The notes below the pieces were generated by a model. It had not been told where the DNA came from, did no database searches, and saw nothing but the letters and a program-made list of their open reading frames with translations. From NCBI GenBank assembly GCA_963665775.2, contig CAXXTF010000002.1:1152001-1216000 (forward strand): 64,000 bases of DNA, in the 5' to 3' direction. Shown one piece after another: positions 1 to 8,684 of the stretch (within the stretch, counting starts at the first letter, position 1; each line of letters begins with the position of its first letter). Origin of the DNA: Dehalococcoidia bacterium. GTDB lineage: Bacteria; Chloroflexota; Dehalococcoidia; SM23-28-2; RBG-16-64-32. Position numbers and translations under genes: made by a program.

Positions 1-65
1 CCCTCGCCACGAGCGCGATCGCCCTGGCCCTCACCTGGCCACGCCGGCCGGGGTCCGGAACCTAG
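1..65 (+). CDS. Possible 3' end of a membrane protein gene (partial, window edge)
   Basis: Frame 3 reads LATSAIALALTWPRRPGSGT* with a hydrophobic tail; its stop overlaps the convergent gene's stop (CTAG). Confidence 0.3.
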   Translation, partial: LATSAIALALTWPRRPGSGT

Positions 66-523
66 CCCGAGTGGTCCACGGCCCGCCGCTCCAGCGTCTC
101 GCTCCCCCGTTGCACCATCGCCAGGAACCCTTCCAGCTCCTCCTGCAACCGCTTCAACGTCTGGAGCGCGTAGACATCCGCCTCCCTCATCTGTGCCCGG
201 CTCACCTCCTGGGCATCATCCAGGCGCGCCGCGGCCTGCTCCTCCGCAGCCTTCACGACCTCAGTCTCCGTCAGTCGCGCCTCCACCTCAGCCTGCGCCT
301 GGGCCAGCAACCGGCCGGCCTCCTCCTGGGCCGCCAGCAACACCTCATCCCGCCTTTCCAACATCTCCCGGGCGTCATACACTTCCTTGGGCACCGCCAC
401 CCGCATCCTGTCCACGAGGTCAAGCAGCCGCTGACGTGACATCACCGCGCCCCCGCCTACAGGCAGCCGTCTGGCATCTCCAGCCATCTGCTCCAGGCGG
501 TCGATCAGATCTAGTATGTCCAA
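62..523 (-). CDS. Coiled-coil DivIVA/ATP synthase b-like protein (typical coaD-downstream gene)
   Basis: LDILDLIDRLE..ARRLPV N-terminus and Ala/Glu/Arg coiled coil; TTG start at 523 preceded by GAGGG; synteny after coaD. Confidence 0.75.
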   Translation of the reverse strand: MDILDLIDRLEQMAGDARRLPVGGGAVMSRQRLLDLVDRMRVAVPKEVYDAREMLERRDEVLLAAQEEAGRLLAQAQAEVEARLTETEVVKAAEEQAAARLDDAQEVSRAQMREADVYALQTLKRLQEELEGFLAMVQRGSETLERRAVDHSG

Positions 524-536
524 ACGTGGAGTCCCT

Positions 537-1022
537 CTACCTCGTCCCGCCAAACTTGCTCTCGAGCGCCTTGAGCACGTTCGCCGGCACCAGCTCCCCT
601 ACATCGTAGCCGAGACCAGTCACCTCGCGGATGCGATGCCCGCTCACGTAGAGGTGCTCCAGGCTCGCGATAAAGTATATCGACTCGATCTCCGGCGCCA
701 TCTTCTTGTTCATCAGCGCCATATCCAGCTCTGTATCCAAGTCAAAAACCCCTCGAATCCCCCGCACCAACACCTTCGCCTGCTCCTTGCGGGCGAAATC
801 CACCACCAGCCCGGAGAATGGCTTGACCTCGACACGATCCAAGTGACGCACCGCACCCTGAAAGAGCTTGACGCGCTCCTCGAGGGGAAAAAGAGGTCCG
901 CCGGTCGCCACGTCGTACACCGCCACGACCACCCGATCGAACAGGGTCGCCGCCCGCTGCACGATGTCCACATGGCCATTGGTAACCGGGTCGAACCTGC
1001 CCGGATACACGGCTGTTACCAA
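537..1022 (-). CDS. coaD: Phosphopantetheine adenylyltransferase
   Basis: AVYPGRFDPVTNGHVDI (T/HxGH motif), LVRGIR; follows rsmD. Confidence 0.95.
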   Translation of the reverse strand: MVTAVYPGRFDPVTNGHVDIVQRAATLFDRVVVAVYDVATGGPLFPLEERVKLFQGAVRHLDRVEVKPFSGLVVDFARKEQAKVLVRGIRGVFDLDTELDMALMNKKMAPEIESIYFIASLEHLYVSGHRIREVTGLGYDVGELVPANVLKALESKFGGTR

Positions 1023-1033
1023 GACAACACCTC

Positions 1034-1582
1034 CTACCGGTAAATCGACACCATGCTATCGCCGTGCCTTCGTACGCTAGCCAGAGACAGCCGCCCTAGC
1101 TGAGCCGGCGGCTCCCCCCGCGCCCTGCTTTCGAACACGAGAACCGAACTCCCCGCCTCCACGAGCGGCGGTTCCGCCAACCGCTCCAACACTGAAAGAG
1201 CCATCGTGTCCGCGTAGGGCGGGTCCGCCAGCACCAGGGTATACACCCCCCCTAACCTCTCCACAGCCCGCTCCACAGGCAGGCGATGCACTCGCGCCTG
1301 CTCCTCGAAACCGGTGATGCGCAGGTTCTCCCTGATGACGACACAAGCCACGACCTCCCGCTCCACGAAGTCACACCACTCGGCCCCTCGGCTGAGGGCC
1401 TCGATCCCCAGGGCGCCGCTGCCGGCGTACAGGTCCAGCACGCGCGTCATGTCCGCGCCCATGGCAGTCAGAGCCGAGAACACGGCCTCCCGCAGCCGAT
1501 CGGTGCTGGGACGCGTTATCTGGGAGCGCCCCCGCGGGCCTTTCAGCCGATGCCCCTTCGCCCTGCCGGCGATGACCCTCAT
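1034..1582 (-). CDS. rsmD: 16S rRNA m2G966 methyltransferase
   Basis: MRVIAGRAKGHRL, TRPSTDRLREAVF, LDLYAGSGALGIEALSRG, DPPY; start refined to ATG 1582. Confidence 0.93.
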   Translation of the reverse strand: MRVIAGRAKGHRLKGPRGRSQITRPSTDRLREAVFSALTAMGADMTRVLDLYAGSGALGIEALSRGAEWCDFVEREVVACVVIRENLRITGFEEQARVHRLPVERAVERLGGVYTLVLADPPYADTMALSVLERLAEPPLVEAGSSVLVFESRARGEPPAQLGRLSLASVRRHGDSMVSIYR

Positions 1583-1590
1583 CTCTGCTC

Positions 1591-3717
1591 CTACTGAGTA
1601 GGCTCCGAACATGCTTCATCGGCGGGCGGCCCTACGTTTCCGGAACTATTCACCGCCGTTACCACGTAGCAGTACGTTGTCCCAGGCTCCAAGTCTGAGT
1701 TCGTGTACAGCGTTAGTCCCACGGGCACGCTGGCCACGAAGGGGTACAGCCCTCCTGAGGCCGTACCGCGCCAGATGTTGTAGTGATCAACATCCTGACC
1801 CAGGATGGGGTTCCAGACCAGTGTGATCTTGCCGCTGGCCCCCCCGGGAATGGCCTCCAACCCGGTCACCTGGTCCGGCGGCGTACCGCCCGGCGTGGCG
1901 GTCGGTGTCGGCGTCGGAGACGGCGAAGCCCCAGGCGTGGGGGATGCCGTGGCTGTCGGCGCGGGCGTCGGCGTACCCGTCGGCGTGGGCGTGGGCGTAC
2001 CGGTCGGTGTTGGTGTCGCTGTGGACGTTGGCGTCGGCGTTAGTGTCGGTCCCGGATTCACCTTTACCGTAATCTCTTGGCCGAACCGATTCTCACCATC
2101 GCTTACGGCGAGCACTATCACGTACTCCCCCTCCTCAGCGGGAGCGATCCAGGTGGACGTCGTGCCTGCCTCCGGCTCCAGGTCACCCCCGTCCGGCGCC
2201 TGCCAGCGGGGCAACAGGGCATCGTCGTTGGGACGCACCAGGGACACGGCAGCGGCCTCCACCAGATCGTTCACAGCGGGCCAGATGTTCGCCACATCTG
2301 ACTGGGCAGAAGCATCGGACACCGCCAGGCCAGCCAATCCATGCGCCTGAACCATCTCCAGCTTGAAACCCACGCTGAAGCTATTCGCCAGGAAGATCGT
2401 CCTGCTCTGAGCGCCGCCGAAGGTGAACGTCACCGCCGCCGCGTCGTCGCTCCAGTGCAGCATAGTCCTTCCCTCACCGTTTACGAGATTAACCGCGACC
2501 AGCTCCACCGACACGCCCGGCAGTATCTGCCCCGGGTCCCCTGGCTCTCGCACCGCCACTTCCGACGCCAGCAGCATCGCCTGTCGATAGCCGATAAACC
2601 GCGTGACAGACCCCACACGTTCCACGCTGAGCGGGCTGACCACCAACATGACCTTCCCGGGGTCTACATCTTCCACGATCTGGCTGAGGGCATCGGGCAT
2701 CGTCGCCCAATACTCCAGCGGGTCGGCGATGGGCAACAGCTTGATCGTGTCCGCCACTTCCCCCAGCACCGGCCAATTGTAGGCCTGCGGCTCTCCCCTG
2801 GGAGGCGGCAGCGAGAGGCTGAGGCGCATCCCATTCTGGCGAAGCGCGACTCCCAGGCCCGTCACGAACTCCGTGAACGCCTCTTGAAGCGACGGGTCTA
2901 CAGACGAGTACTCCAGGTCGATACCATCGAACCCGCCCTCCTCAGCCAGCGCGGCGATCGCCTGAATGTGATCCGCGCGTAGCAACTCGTCGGCGAGTAT
3001 GGCATCGACTATGGCCCGCGCCCCCTCGTCGCCTCCCACAATGGTCGGTATCAGGAGGACACTTGAGCCTCCCTGAATCTGGGTCGGCGTCCCCAGCACG
3101 GAACCATCTGCCGCCGGCGCGTAGTCCCGCGGGCTCACGATGTCCACCACTGCTTCCGGATGCAAGCTCCCGCCTGCCGGGAGCGATCCCGCTACATCGT
3201 ATAGCTTGGCCGCCACCCTTAGAATCGCGAGATTGGAGGGCACGGACGAGAACTCTGCCGCACCCCGCGCGCCGTCGTCCACAAGATTAACGTCCGCAAC
3301 CCTTTCCCAGCGCGTATCCAGGAACGTGTAGAACCCCAACGTGGCAGCGTCGGTAATCCCGCTCTGCAGCGGTAGTTCAATAACGACAGCCAGCTCCTCC
3401 ACCGATTCGAACTCCACGAATTTGCTGGCCACCTTCAGGCCAGGCGGCAATGGCGGCGGATCCACGATCCTCCCTTCGATCCCCGCAGGTAGGGAGGGCA
3501 GGCCCGATCCGCCACCGTTATCATCCAATACGGATGAAAAGACCAAAACCAGGGCGATCACAACTGCCACGAAGGCGACGGTTCCGCCGATGATGAGGGG
3601 AGCCGGATCACGCTCCGGCCTCCGTCTCAACGCGCGGTCAAAGGGACCCTCGGACCTCGGCGGATCGCGCCGCGGCCGCCGCTCCGGTGGCAAATCAGGG
3701 GACGGTCTTTCTGACAT
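1591..3717 (-). CDS. Membrane-anchored extracellular protein: GH18-like TIM barrel, Ig/PKD-like segment, Pro/Thr linker, C-terminal fibronectin III domain
   Basis: N-terminal TM helix; GFDGIDLEY GH18-like motif; (PT)n linker; ITLVWNP..YNIWRG..YCYVVTAVN FN3 signature. Confidence 0.7.
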   Translation of the reverse strand: MSERPSPDLPPERRPRRDPPRSEGPFDRALRRRPERDPAPLIIGGTVAFVAVVIALVLVFSSVLDDNGGGSGLPSLPAGIEGRIVDPPPLPPGLKVASKFVEFESVEELAVVIELPLQSGITDAATLGFYTFLDTRWERVADVNLVDDGARGAAEFSSVPSNLAILRVAAKLYDVAGSLPAGGSLHPEAVVDIVSPRDYAPAADGSVLGTPTQIQGGSSVLLIPTIVGGDEGARAIVDAILADELLRADHIQAIAALAEEGGFDGIDLEYSSVDPSLQEAFTEFVTGLGVALRQNGMRLSLSLPPPRGEPQAYNWPVLGEVADTIKLLPIADPLEYWATMPDALSQIVEDVDPGKVMLVVSPLSVERVGSVTRFIGYRQAMLLASEVAVREPGDPGQILPGVSVELVAVNLVNGEGRTMLHWSDDAAAVTFTFGGAQSRTIFLANSFSVGFKLEMVQAHGLAGLAVSDASAQSDVANIWPAVNDLVEAAAVSLVRPNDDALLPRWQAPDGGDLEPEAGTTSTWIAPAEEGEYVIVLAVSDGENRFGQEITVKVNPGPTLTPTPTSTATPTPTGTPTPTPTGTPTPAPTATASPTPGASPSPTPTPTATPGGTPPDQVTGLEAIPGGASGKITLVWNPILGQDVDHYNIWRGTASGGLYPFVASVPVGLTLYTNSDLEPGTTYCYVVTAVNSSGNVGPPADEACSEPTQ

Positions 3718-3830
3718 TACTTACGGGGCTCGTTACCTAAGTTTATGGAACATTCGATGACGGCGCCTGGCGGTCAGGCGGATTGTAACACAGCCCCTTC
3801 CTTCATAAAACATATAGGGACTTGCCGTGC

Positions 3831-3859
3831 TTTACAAGCCAGTGACCGAGGGTTAAAAT
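3831..3859 (+). promoter_or_regulatory. Sigma70-type promoter of greA
   Basis: TTTACA-N17-TAAAAT. Confidence 0.6.
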
Positions 3860-3886
3860 AGCGGGCAGAAGGTAACCGTAGTATCT

Positions 3887-3917
3887 GGCTGAGGGCCTAG
3901 CCCCCAGTCTCTTTTTT
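3887..3917 (+). terminator. Intrinsic terminator/attenuator in the greA leader
   Basis: GGCTGAGGGC-CTA-GCCCCCAGTC hairpin followed by TCTTTTTT, between the promoter and the greA RBS. Confidence 0.55.
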
Positions 3918-3947
3918 ACCAGCGACCACGAGGAGTGTTAGGTAGCC

Positions 3948-4415
3948 ATGCCAGCCAAGGCAGTTCCCCTGACCAAAGAGGGCCTCGCCAAGCTCAAAGA
4001 GGAGCTGGAGAATCTCCTGACGGTGGGTCGTGCCGAGGTCGCCCAGCGTATCCATGACGCCAAGGAGATGGTGGGTGCGCAGAACTCCCCTGAATACGAG
4101 GACTCCCGCAACGCGCAGGCCTTCGTTGAGGGACGGATTCTCACGCTGGAGAACAGCATCCAGAACGCCGTCCTCATCGAGGAAGCCCACGACCACCAGC
4201 GCGTCAGCCTGGGCGCTACCGTCACCGTCATCAATCACAAGGGCGAAAAGGAGCACTACACCATCGTGGGCTCCGCGGAGGCCGACCCCAAAGCCGGCCG
4301 CATCAGCAACGAGTCCCCCGTTGGGCTGGCCCTCCTGGGCAAGGGAGTGGGCGACGAGGTTGAGGTCAAGGCACCCGCCGGCCTCCTCCACTGGGCCCTC
4401 GTCGAGATCACCTAA
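3948..4415 (+). CDS. greA: Transcription elongation factor GreA
   Basis: LTKEGLAKLKEEL, NSPEYED, YTIVGSAEADP..GRISNESPVGLALLG; RBS AGGAG. Confidence 0.95.
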   Translation: MPAKAVPLTKEGLAKLKEELENLLTVGRAEVAQRIHDAKEMVGAQNSPEYEDSRNAQAFVEGRILTLENSIQNAVLIEEAHDHQRVSLGATVTVINHKGEKEHYTIVGSAEADPKAGRISNESPVGLALLGKGVGDEVEVKAPAGLLHWALVEIT

Positions 4416-4660
4416 CGCCCGCAATCATCGGCGCCACGCGGGCCCACCTCCAGTGACCGGCTGCTCCCACTTTGCCCCCTCCGCCCGACCGAGGAATCAG
4501 CTTTCCCGGCCCCTAACCTGGCGAACGACCCCAACGACAGGTAAAATCAGGCAGGGCATGAAATCACCGTCCGTCTGGGGCATAAGGGCTGTAGGCCCGC
4601 CCGAGATTCGGTCAGTCCCGGTCGACCTTCAGACGACGCGACGAGGACACAGCTAAAGCG

Positions 4661-6130
4661 ATGAGCGAAGACGAATTTATCGCCCTCCGCAGGACGAAGC
4701 TGGAGCGCATCCGCTCCCGCGGCGCTGACCCCTATCCCACCCGCTTTCATCGCACCCACACCGCGCAGGAAGCCACCGGTCTGCTCCAGGACGATTCCAC
4801 CCCTGAGGACACCGTTGTCGTGGCCGGTCGCATCACGGCCATGCGCCAGATGGGTAAGGCCACCTTCCTGGACCTGCGCGACGGCTCCGGCCGCATTCAG
4901 GCCTATCTCAAGCAGGAGACCCTGGGCCCTCAGACCTACGACACCCTCCGCGACATCGACCTCGGGGACATCCTGGGCGTTAGCGGCACCCTCTTCCGCA
5001 CCCGCACTGGCGAGCCCACCGTCCAGGTCCACAGCCTCACCCTTCTGGCGAAGGCCCTGCGACTGCCGCCCGAAAAGTGGCACGGCCTCCAAGATGTGGA
5101 GGTCCGTTACCGCCAGCGCTATCTGGACCTGATGGCCAATCCCTCCGTCCGCGACACCTTCGTCAACCGCTCCCGTATCATCTCCGCTATCCGCCGCTTC
5201 CTGGACAGCCGCGGCTTTCTCGAGGTCGAGACGCCCGTCCTCCAGGCCACCGCCGGGGGCGCCGCCGCGCGACCCTTCGTCACCCACCACAACACCCTGG
5301 ACCGGGACTTTTACCTGCGCGTCGCCCTGGAGCTCCATCTCAAGCGACTCATCGTCGGCGGCTTCGACAAGGTGTACGAGATCGGCCGTATCTTCCGCAA
5401 CGAGGGCGTCTCCACCCGCTACAACCCTGAGTTCACGATGCTGGAGAGCTACCAGGCCTACGCCGACTATACGGACGTGATGGAGATGGTGGAGGAGATG
5501 ATCTCCGGGGTGGCACAGGAAGTCGTGGGCGGCACCCGCGTCCCCTGGGGCGATACCAGCATCGACCTGACGCCGCCCTGGCCCCGCATCCCGCTCCGCG
5601 ATGCCATCCGCCAGCACAGCGGCGTCGACTTTGAGGCCCACCCCGACACGGAGTCGATGCGTGAGGCCGTCGCCGGCTGCGGCATCCCCGTCGACGAGAG
5701 CTGGGGTCGCGGCAAGCTCATCGACGAGCTCATGTCCGCCAAAGTCCAGCCCAACCTGGTCCAGCCCACTTACCTTACGGACTACCCCGTCGAACTGTCG
5801 CCCCTGGCCAAGCGGAAGCCCGACAACCCCCCTCTGGTCGAGCGGTTCGAGCTGTTCATCGCCGGCATGGAGGTGGGCAACGCTTACACCGAGCTCAACG
5901 ATCCGATCGACCAGCGACAGCGCCTCCTGGAGCAGGCCCGCCTGCGCGCGGCAGGGGACGAGGAGGCCGAGATCGCGGACGAGGACTTCCTCATCGCCCT
6001 GGAGCACGGCATGCCCCCCACCGCCGGCCTCGGCCTCGGCATCGACCGGCTGGTCATGGTCCTCACCGGCAACACCTCCATCCGCGAGGTGATCCTCTTC
6101 CCCGCCCTGCGCGAGAGGGGCCAGCAGTGA
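4661..6130 (+). CDS. lysS: Lysine--tRNA ligase (class II)
   Basis: OB anticodon domain, RYRQRYLDL, GGAAARPFVTHHN, FRNEG, GMPPTAGLGLGIDRL. Confidence 0.98.
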   Translation: MSEDEFIALRRTKLERIRSRGADPYPTRFHRTHTAQEATGLLQDDSTPEDTVVVAGRITAMRQMGKATFLDLRDGSGRIQAYLKQETLGPQTYDTLRDIDLGDILGVSGTLFRTRTGEPTVQVHSLTLLAKALRLPPEKWHGLQDVEVRYRQRYLDLMANPSVRDTFVNRSRIISAIRRFLDSRGFLEVETPVLQATAGGAAARPFVTHHNTLDRDFYLRVALELHLKRLIVGGFDKVYEIGRIFRNEGVSTRYNPEFTMLESYQAYADYTDVMEMVEEMISGVAQEVVGGTRVPWGDTSIDLTPPWPRIPLRDAIRQHSGVDFEAHPDTESMREAVAGCGIPVDESWGRGKLIDELMSAKVQPNLVQPTYLTDYPVELSPLAKRKPDNPPLVERFELFIAGMEVGNAYTELNDPIDQRQRLLEQARLRAAGDEEAEIADEDFLIALEHGMPPTAGLGLGIDRLVMVLTGNTSIREVILFPALRERGQQ

Positions 6131-6822
6131 ACACTCATCGCACGTTCCGCGCCGTCATCTTCGACATGGACGGCGTGCTATGGGACGGCGAGCCCCTCTA
6201 CCACGAGGCGTTCAACATCGTCCTCGCCCCCTACGGCCATCGCCTGAGCCAGGACGACTACATGCGGATCATCGGCCATTCCGTGGAGTGGAGCTGGGAC
6301 TGGGTGCACGACCGCTTTGCTCTACCGGACCCGCCGGAACGGTTCTTCCAGGCTTACGATGAGGCCGTCCTCCGGCTCCTACAGCGACCCGCGGAGCCCC
6401 TCCCCGGCACCCGTCCCCTCATCGACGAGCTGCGCCGCCGCGGCGTCCCCATCGCCGTCGCCTCCGCCTCCCTCCGACCGTGGGTGGACACCGCGTTGCG
6501 CGGACTCGGCCTCGACGACGCCTTCGGTGCTACCGTCTCCGCGAGCGAGGTGACCGAGTCCAAGCCGGCTCCCCATCTTTTCCTGGCCGCCGCCCGGCGT
6601 CTGGGCATCCCGCCGGACCGCTGCCTGGCCGTGGAGGACACCGCCGCCGGCATCGCCGCCGCCAAAGCAGCCGGCATGTTCGCCGTCCAGCTCCGCGCCG
6701 CCTCCACCGCCCTGCCCCCCCTTCCCGAGGCGGACCTGGTGCTGGACTCTCTGACGCAGTTCGACCTCTCACTTCTGGAGGCTTCCGCCTTCGAGGCGCA
6801 AGAGGAAGGGAGACCGCGCTGA
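6127..6822 (+). CDS. HAD family phosphatase (beta-PGM-like)
   Basis: IFDMDGVL motif I, SKPAP, VEDT motif IV; GTGA overlap with lysS stop. Confidence 0.9.
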   Translation: MNTHRTFRAVIFDMDGVLWDGEPLYHEAFNIVLAPYGHRLSQDDYMRIIGHSVEWSWDWVHDRFALPDPPERFFQAYDEAVLRLLQRPAEPLPGTRPLIDELRRRGVPIAVASASLRPWVDTALRGLGLDDAFGATVSASEVTESKPAPHLFLAAARRLGIPPDRCLAVEDTAAGIAAAKAAGMFAVQLRAASTALPPLPEADLVLDSLTQFDLSLLEASAFEAQEEGRPR

Positions 6823-7316
6823 GGCGTCACTTCACCGCCACCGGCTTCGTAGTGCAGGGGGATTGCACTATCCTGCACTGGCACAAACGGCTCCAGCAAT
6901 GGATGCCCCCAGGCGGCCACATCGAGCCGGACGAAGACCCCGTTGCCGCCGTCCTCCGAGAGATCCGCGAGGAGACGGGCGTGACGGCCGAGGTCATCCC
7001 CTCTGCCCCCGTCCTCCCTTTCGCCCAGCCCGGCCAGGTGCAGCCGCCGTACACGATCCTCCTGGAGGACATCCCCGAGCCCGACGAGCCCCACCAGCAC
7101 ATCGACTTCATCTACTTCTGCCGCCCCCTGGATGGTGCGCCCACCGATCCTTCCCCGGACCCTACCCTCCTCTGGGTGGAGGAAGGGACGCTGCGCGCCA
7201 ACCGACCCCTGAACGTGGCCGGCCGCGACCTCTCAGTGCCCATCGCCACGGACGTCCGGCTCCTCGCCCTCATCGCCATCGACACCGCCCGCCAGAGCCC
7301 GGATTCTAGGCCATAG
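6819..7316 (+). CDS. NUDIX hydrolase (probable CTG start)
   Basis: RHFTATGFVV..W.PPGGHIEPDEDPVAAVLREIREETG Nudix box; H.HIDFIY. Confidence 0.85.
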   Translation: MRRHFTATGFVVQGDCTILHWHKRLQQWMPPGGHIEPDEDPVAAVLREIREETGVTAEVIPSAPVLPFAQPGQVQPPYTILLEDIPEPDEPHQHIDFIYFCRPLDGAPTDPSPDPTLLWVEEGTLRANRPLNVAGRDLSVPIATDVRLLALIAIDTARQSPDSRP

Positions 7317-7325
7317 GTTCTGCCA

Positions 7326-8630
7326 ATGCTTAGCCTACCCTTGATCCGTGAGGAGCCAGAGGGGGTCCGCCGCGCCCTTGCCCGCCGCGGCGCCGAGGCC
7401 CCCCTGGACGACGTCCTCGCCCTCGACACCGACTGGCGCCGCGCCCTCCAGGAGGTCGAATCCCTCCGCGCCGAGCGTAATGACATATCGAAGGAGATCG
7501 GCGAACTGGCCCGCCTGGCCAGGACCGCCGAGACCAAGGAGGCCAAGCACGCCGAGCACCGCCGCAGCGACCTGGTCGCCCGCTCCGCCTTCCTCGGCGA
7601 ACGGCTGGAGGGCCTGGAAGGGCAGTTTCGGGAGATAGAGGGCCGCCTGCACCAGCTCCTGCTGGAGATCCCCAACCTCCCCGCGGATAACGTCCCCGAC
7701 GGGCCAGACGAATCGGCCAACGTCATCGTCCGCACGGAGGGCCAGCCCGCCGAAACCACGTTCCATAAGCCCCACTGGGAGCTTGGCGAGGCCCTGGACA
7801 TCATCGATTTCCAACGCGGCAGCAAGCTCTCCGGCAGCCGCTTCTTCATCCTCAAGGGCCTGGGCTCCCGCCTGGGGCGTACCCTCACCCAGTGGATGCT
7901 GGACTTCCACCTGGACCGTGGCTACACGGAGATCTCTCCCCCGGCCATGCTCAAGGAAGAGAACATGTGGGCCGGCGGCTGGCTCCCCAAGTTCGCCGAC
8001 AACATGTACCACGACGCCGAGGAGGACTACTGGTTCGTCCCCACCGCCGAGGTGGCCCTCACCAACCTCCACCGCGACGAGATTCTCGAGCCCCAGACCA
8101 TCCCCTTGAACTACGTCGCCTACACCCCCTGTTTCCGCCGCGAGAAGATGTCCGCCGGCCGCGACGTCCGCGGCATCAAGCGCGTCCATCAGTTCGACAA
8201 GGTAGAGCTGTACCGGCTCGTCGAGCCGGAAAGGTCGGAGGCGGCGCTGGAGGCGCTGGTGGAGGACGCCGAGGCGATCTGCCGCACCCTGGCCATCCCT
8301 CATCGCGTACTCCAGCTTTGCAGCGGCGATCTGGGCTTCAACGCGGCCAAGAGCTATGACATCGAGATGTGGGCGCCCGGCTGCGGCGAGTGGCTGGAGG
8401 TCTCCTCCTGCTCCAACTGCACCGACTTCCAGGCCCGCCGCGCCAACATCCGCTTCCGCCGCCAGAAGGGCGCCCGCCCGGAGCATCCCCATACGCTCAA
8501 CGGCTCCGGCCTGGCCCTCCCCCGCACCCTCATCGCCGTCCTGGAGAACTACCAGCAGCCGGACGGCTCCGTGACGGTACCGGAGGTGCTTCGACCGTAC
8601 ATGGGCGGTATCGAGCGGATCGGCCCGTAA
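7326..8630 (+). CDS. serS: Serine--tRNA ligase
   Basis: N-terminal coiled arm, PTAEV, FRRE, HQFDKVE, EVSSCSNCTDFQARR, HTLNGSGLA. Confidence 0.98.
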   Translation: MLSLPLIREEPEGVRRALARRGAEAPLDDVLALDTDWRRALQEVESLRAERNDISKEIGELARLARTAETKEAKHAEHRRSDLVARSAFLGERLEGLEGQFREIEGRLHQLLLEIPNLPADNVPDGPDESANVIVRTEGQPAETTFHKPHWELGEALDIIDFQRGSKLSGSRFFILKGLGSRLGRTLTQWMLDFHLDRGYTEISPPAMLKEENMWAGGWLPKFADNMYHDAEEDYWFVPTAEVALTNLHRDEILEPQTIPLNYVAYTPCFRREKMSAGRDVRGIKRVHQFDKVELYRLVEPERSEAALEALVEDAEAICRTLAIPHRVLQLCSGDLGFNAAKSYDIEMWAPGCGEWLEVSSCSNCTDFQARRANIRFRRQKGARPEHPHTLNGSGLALPRTLIAVLENYQQPDGSVTVPEVLRPYMGGIERIGP

Positions 8631-8684
8631 CCAGCCCCAGCGATCAACGGACACCCTCCAGCAAGTGGTAAGATAGAGAGTGCC

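Noticed and set aside
1880-2050. GGCGTCGGCGT-type tandem repeats (also 58020-58110 and 62490-62650) as a CRISPR or DNA repeat array
   Set aside because: They encode Pro/Thr linkers of secreted proteins; no repeat-spacer structure and no cas genes
4416-4660. Possible T-box riboswitch upstream of lysS
   Set aside because: No T-box consensus (GGTGGNACCGCG) or terminator/antiterminator seen
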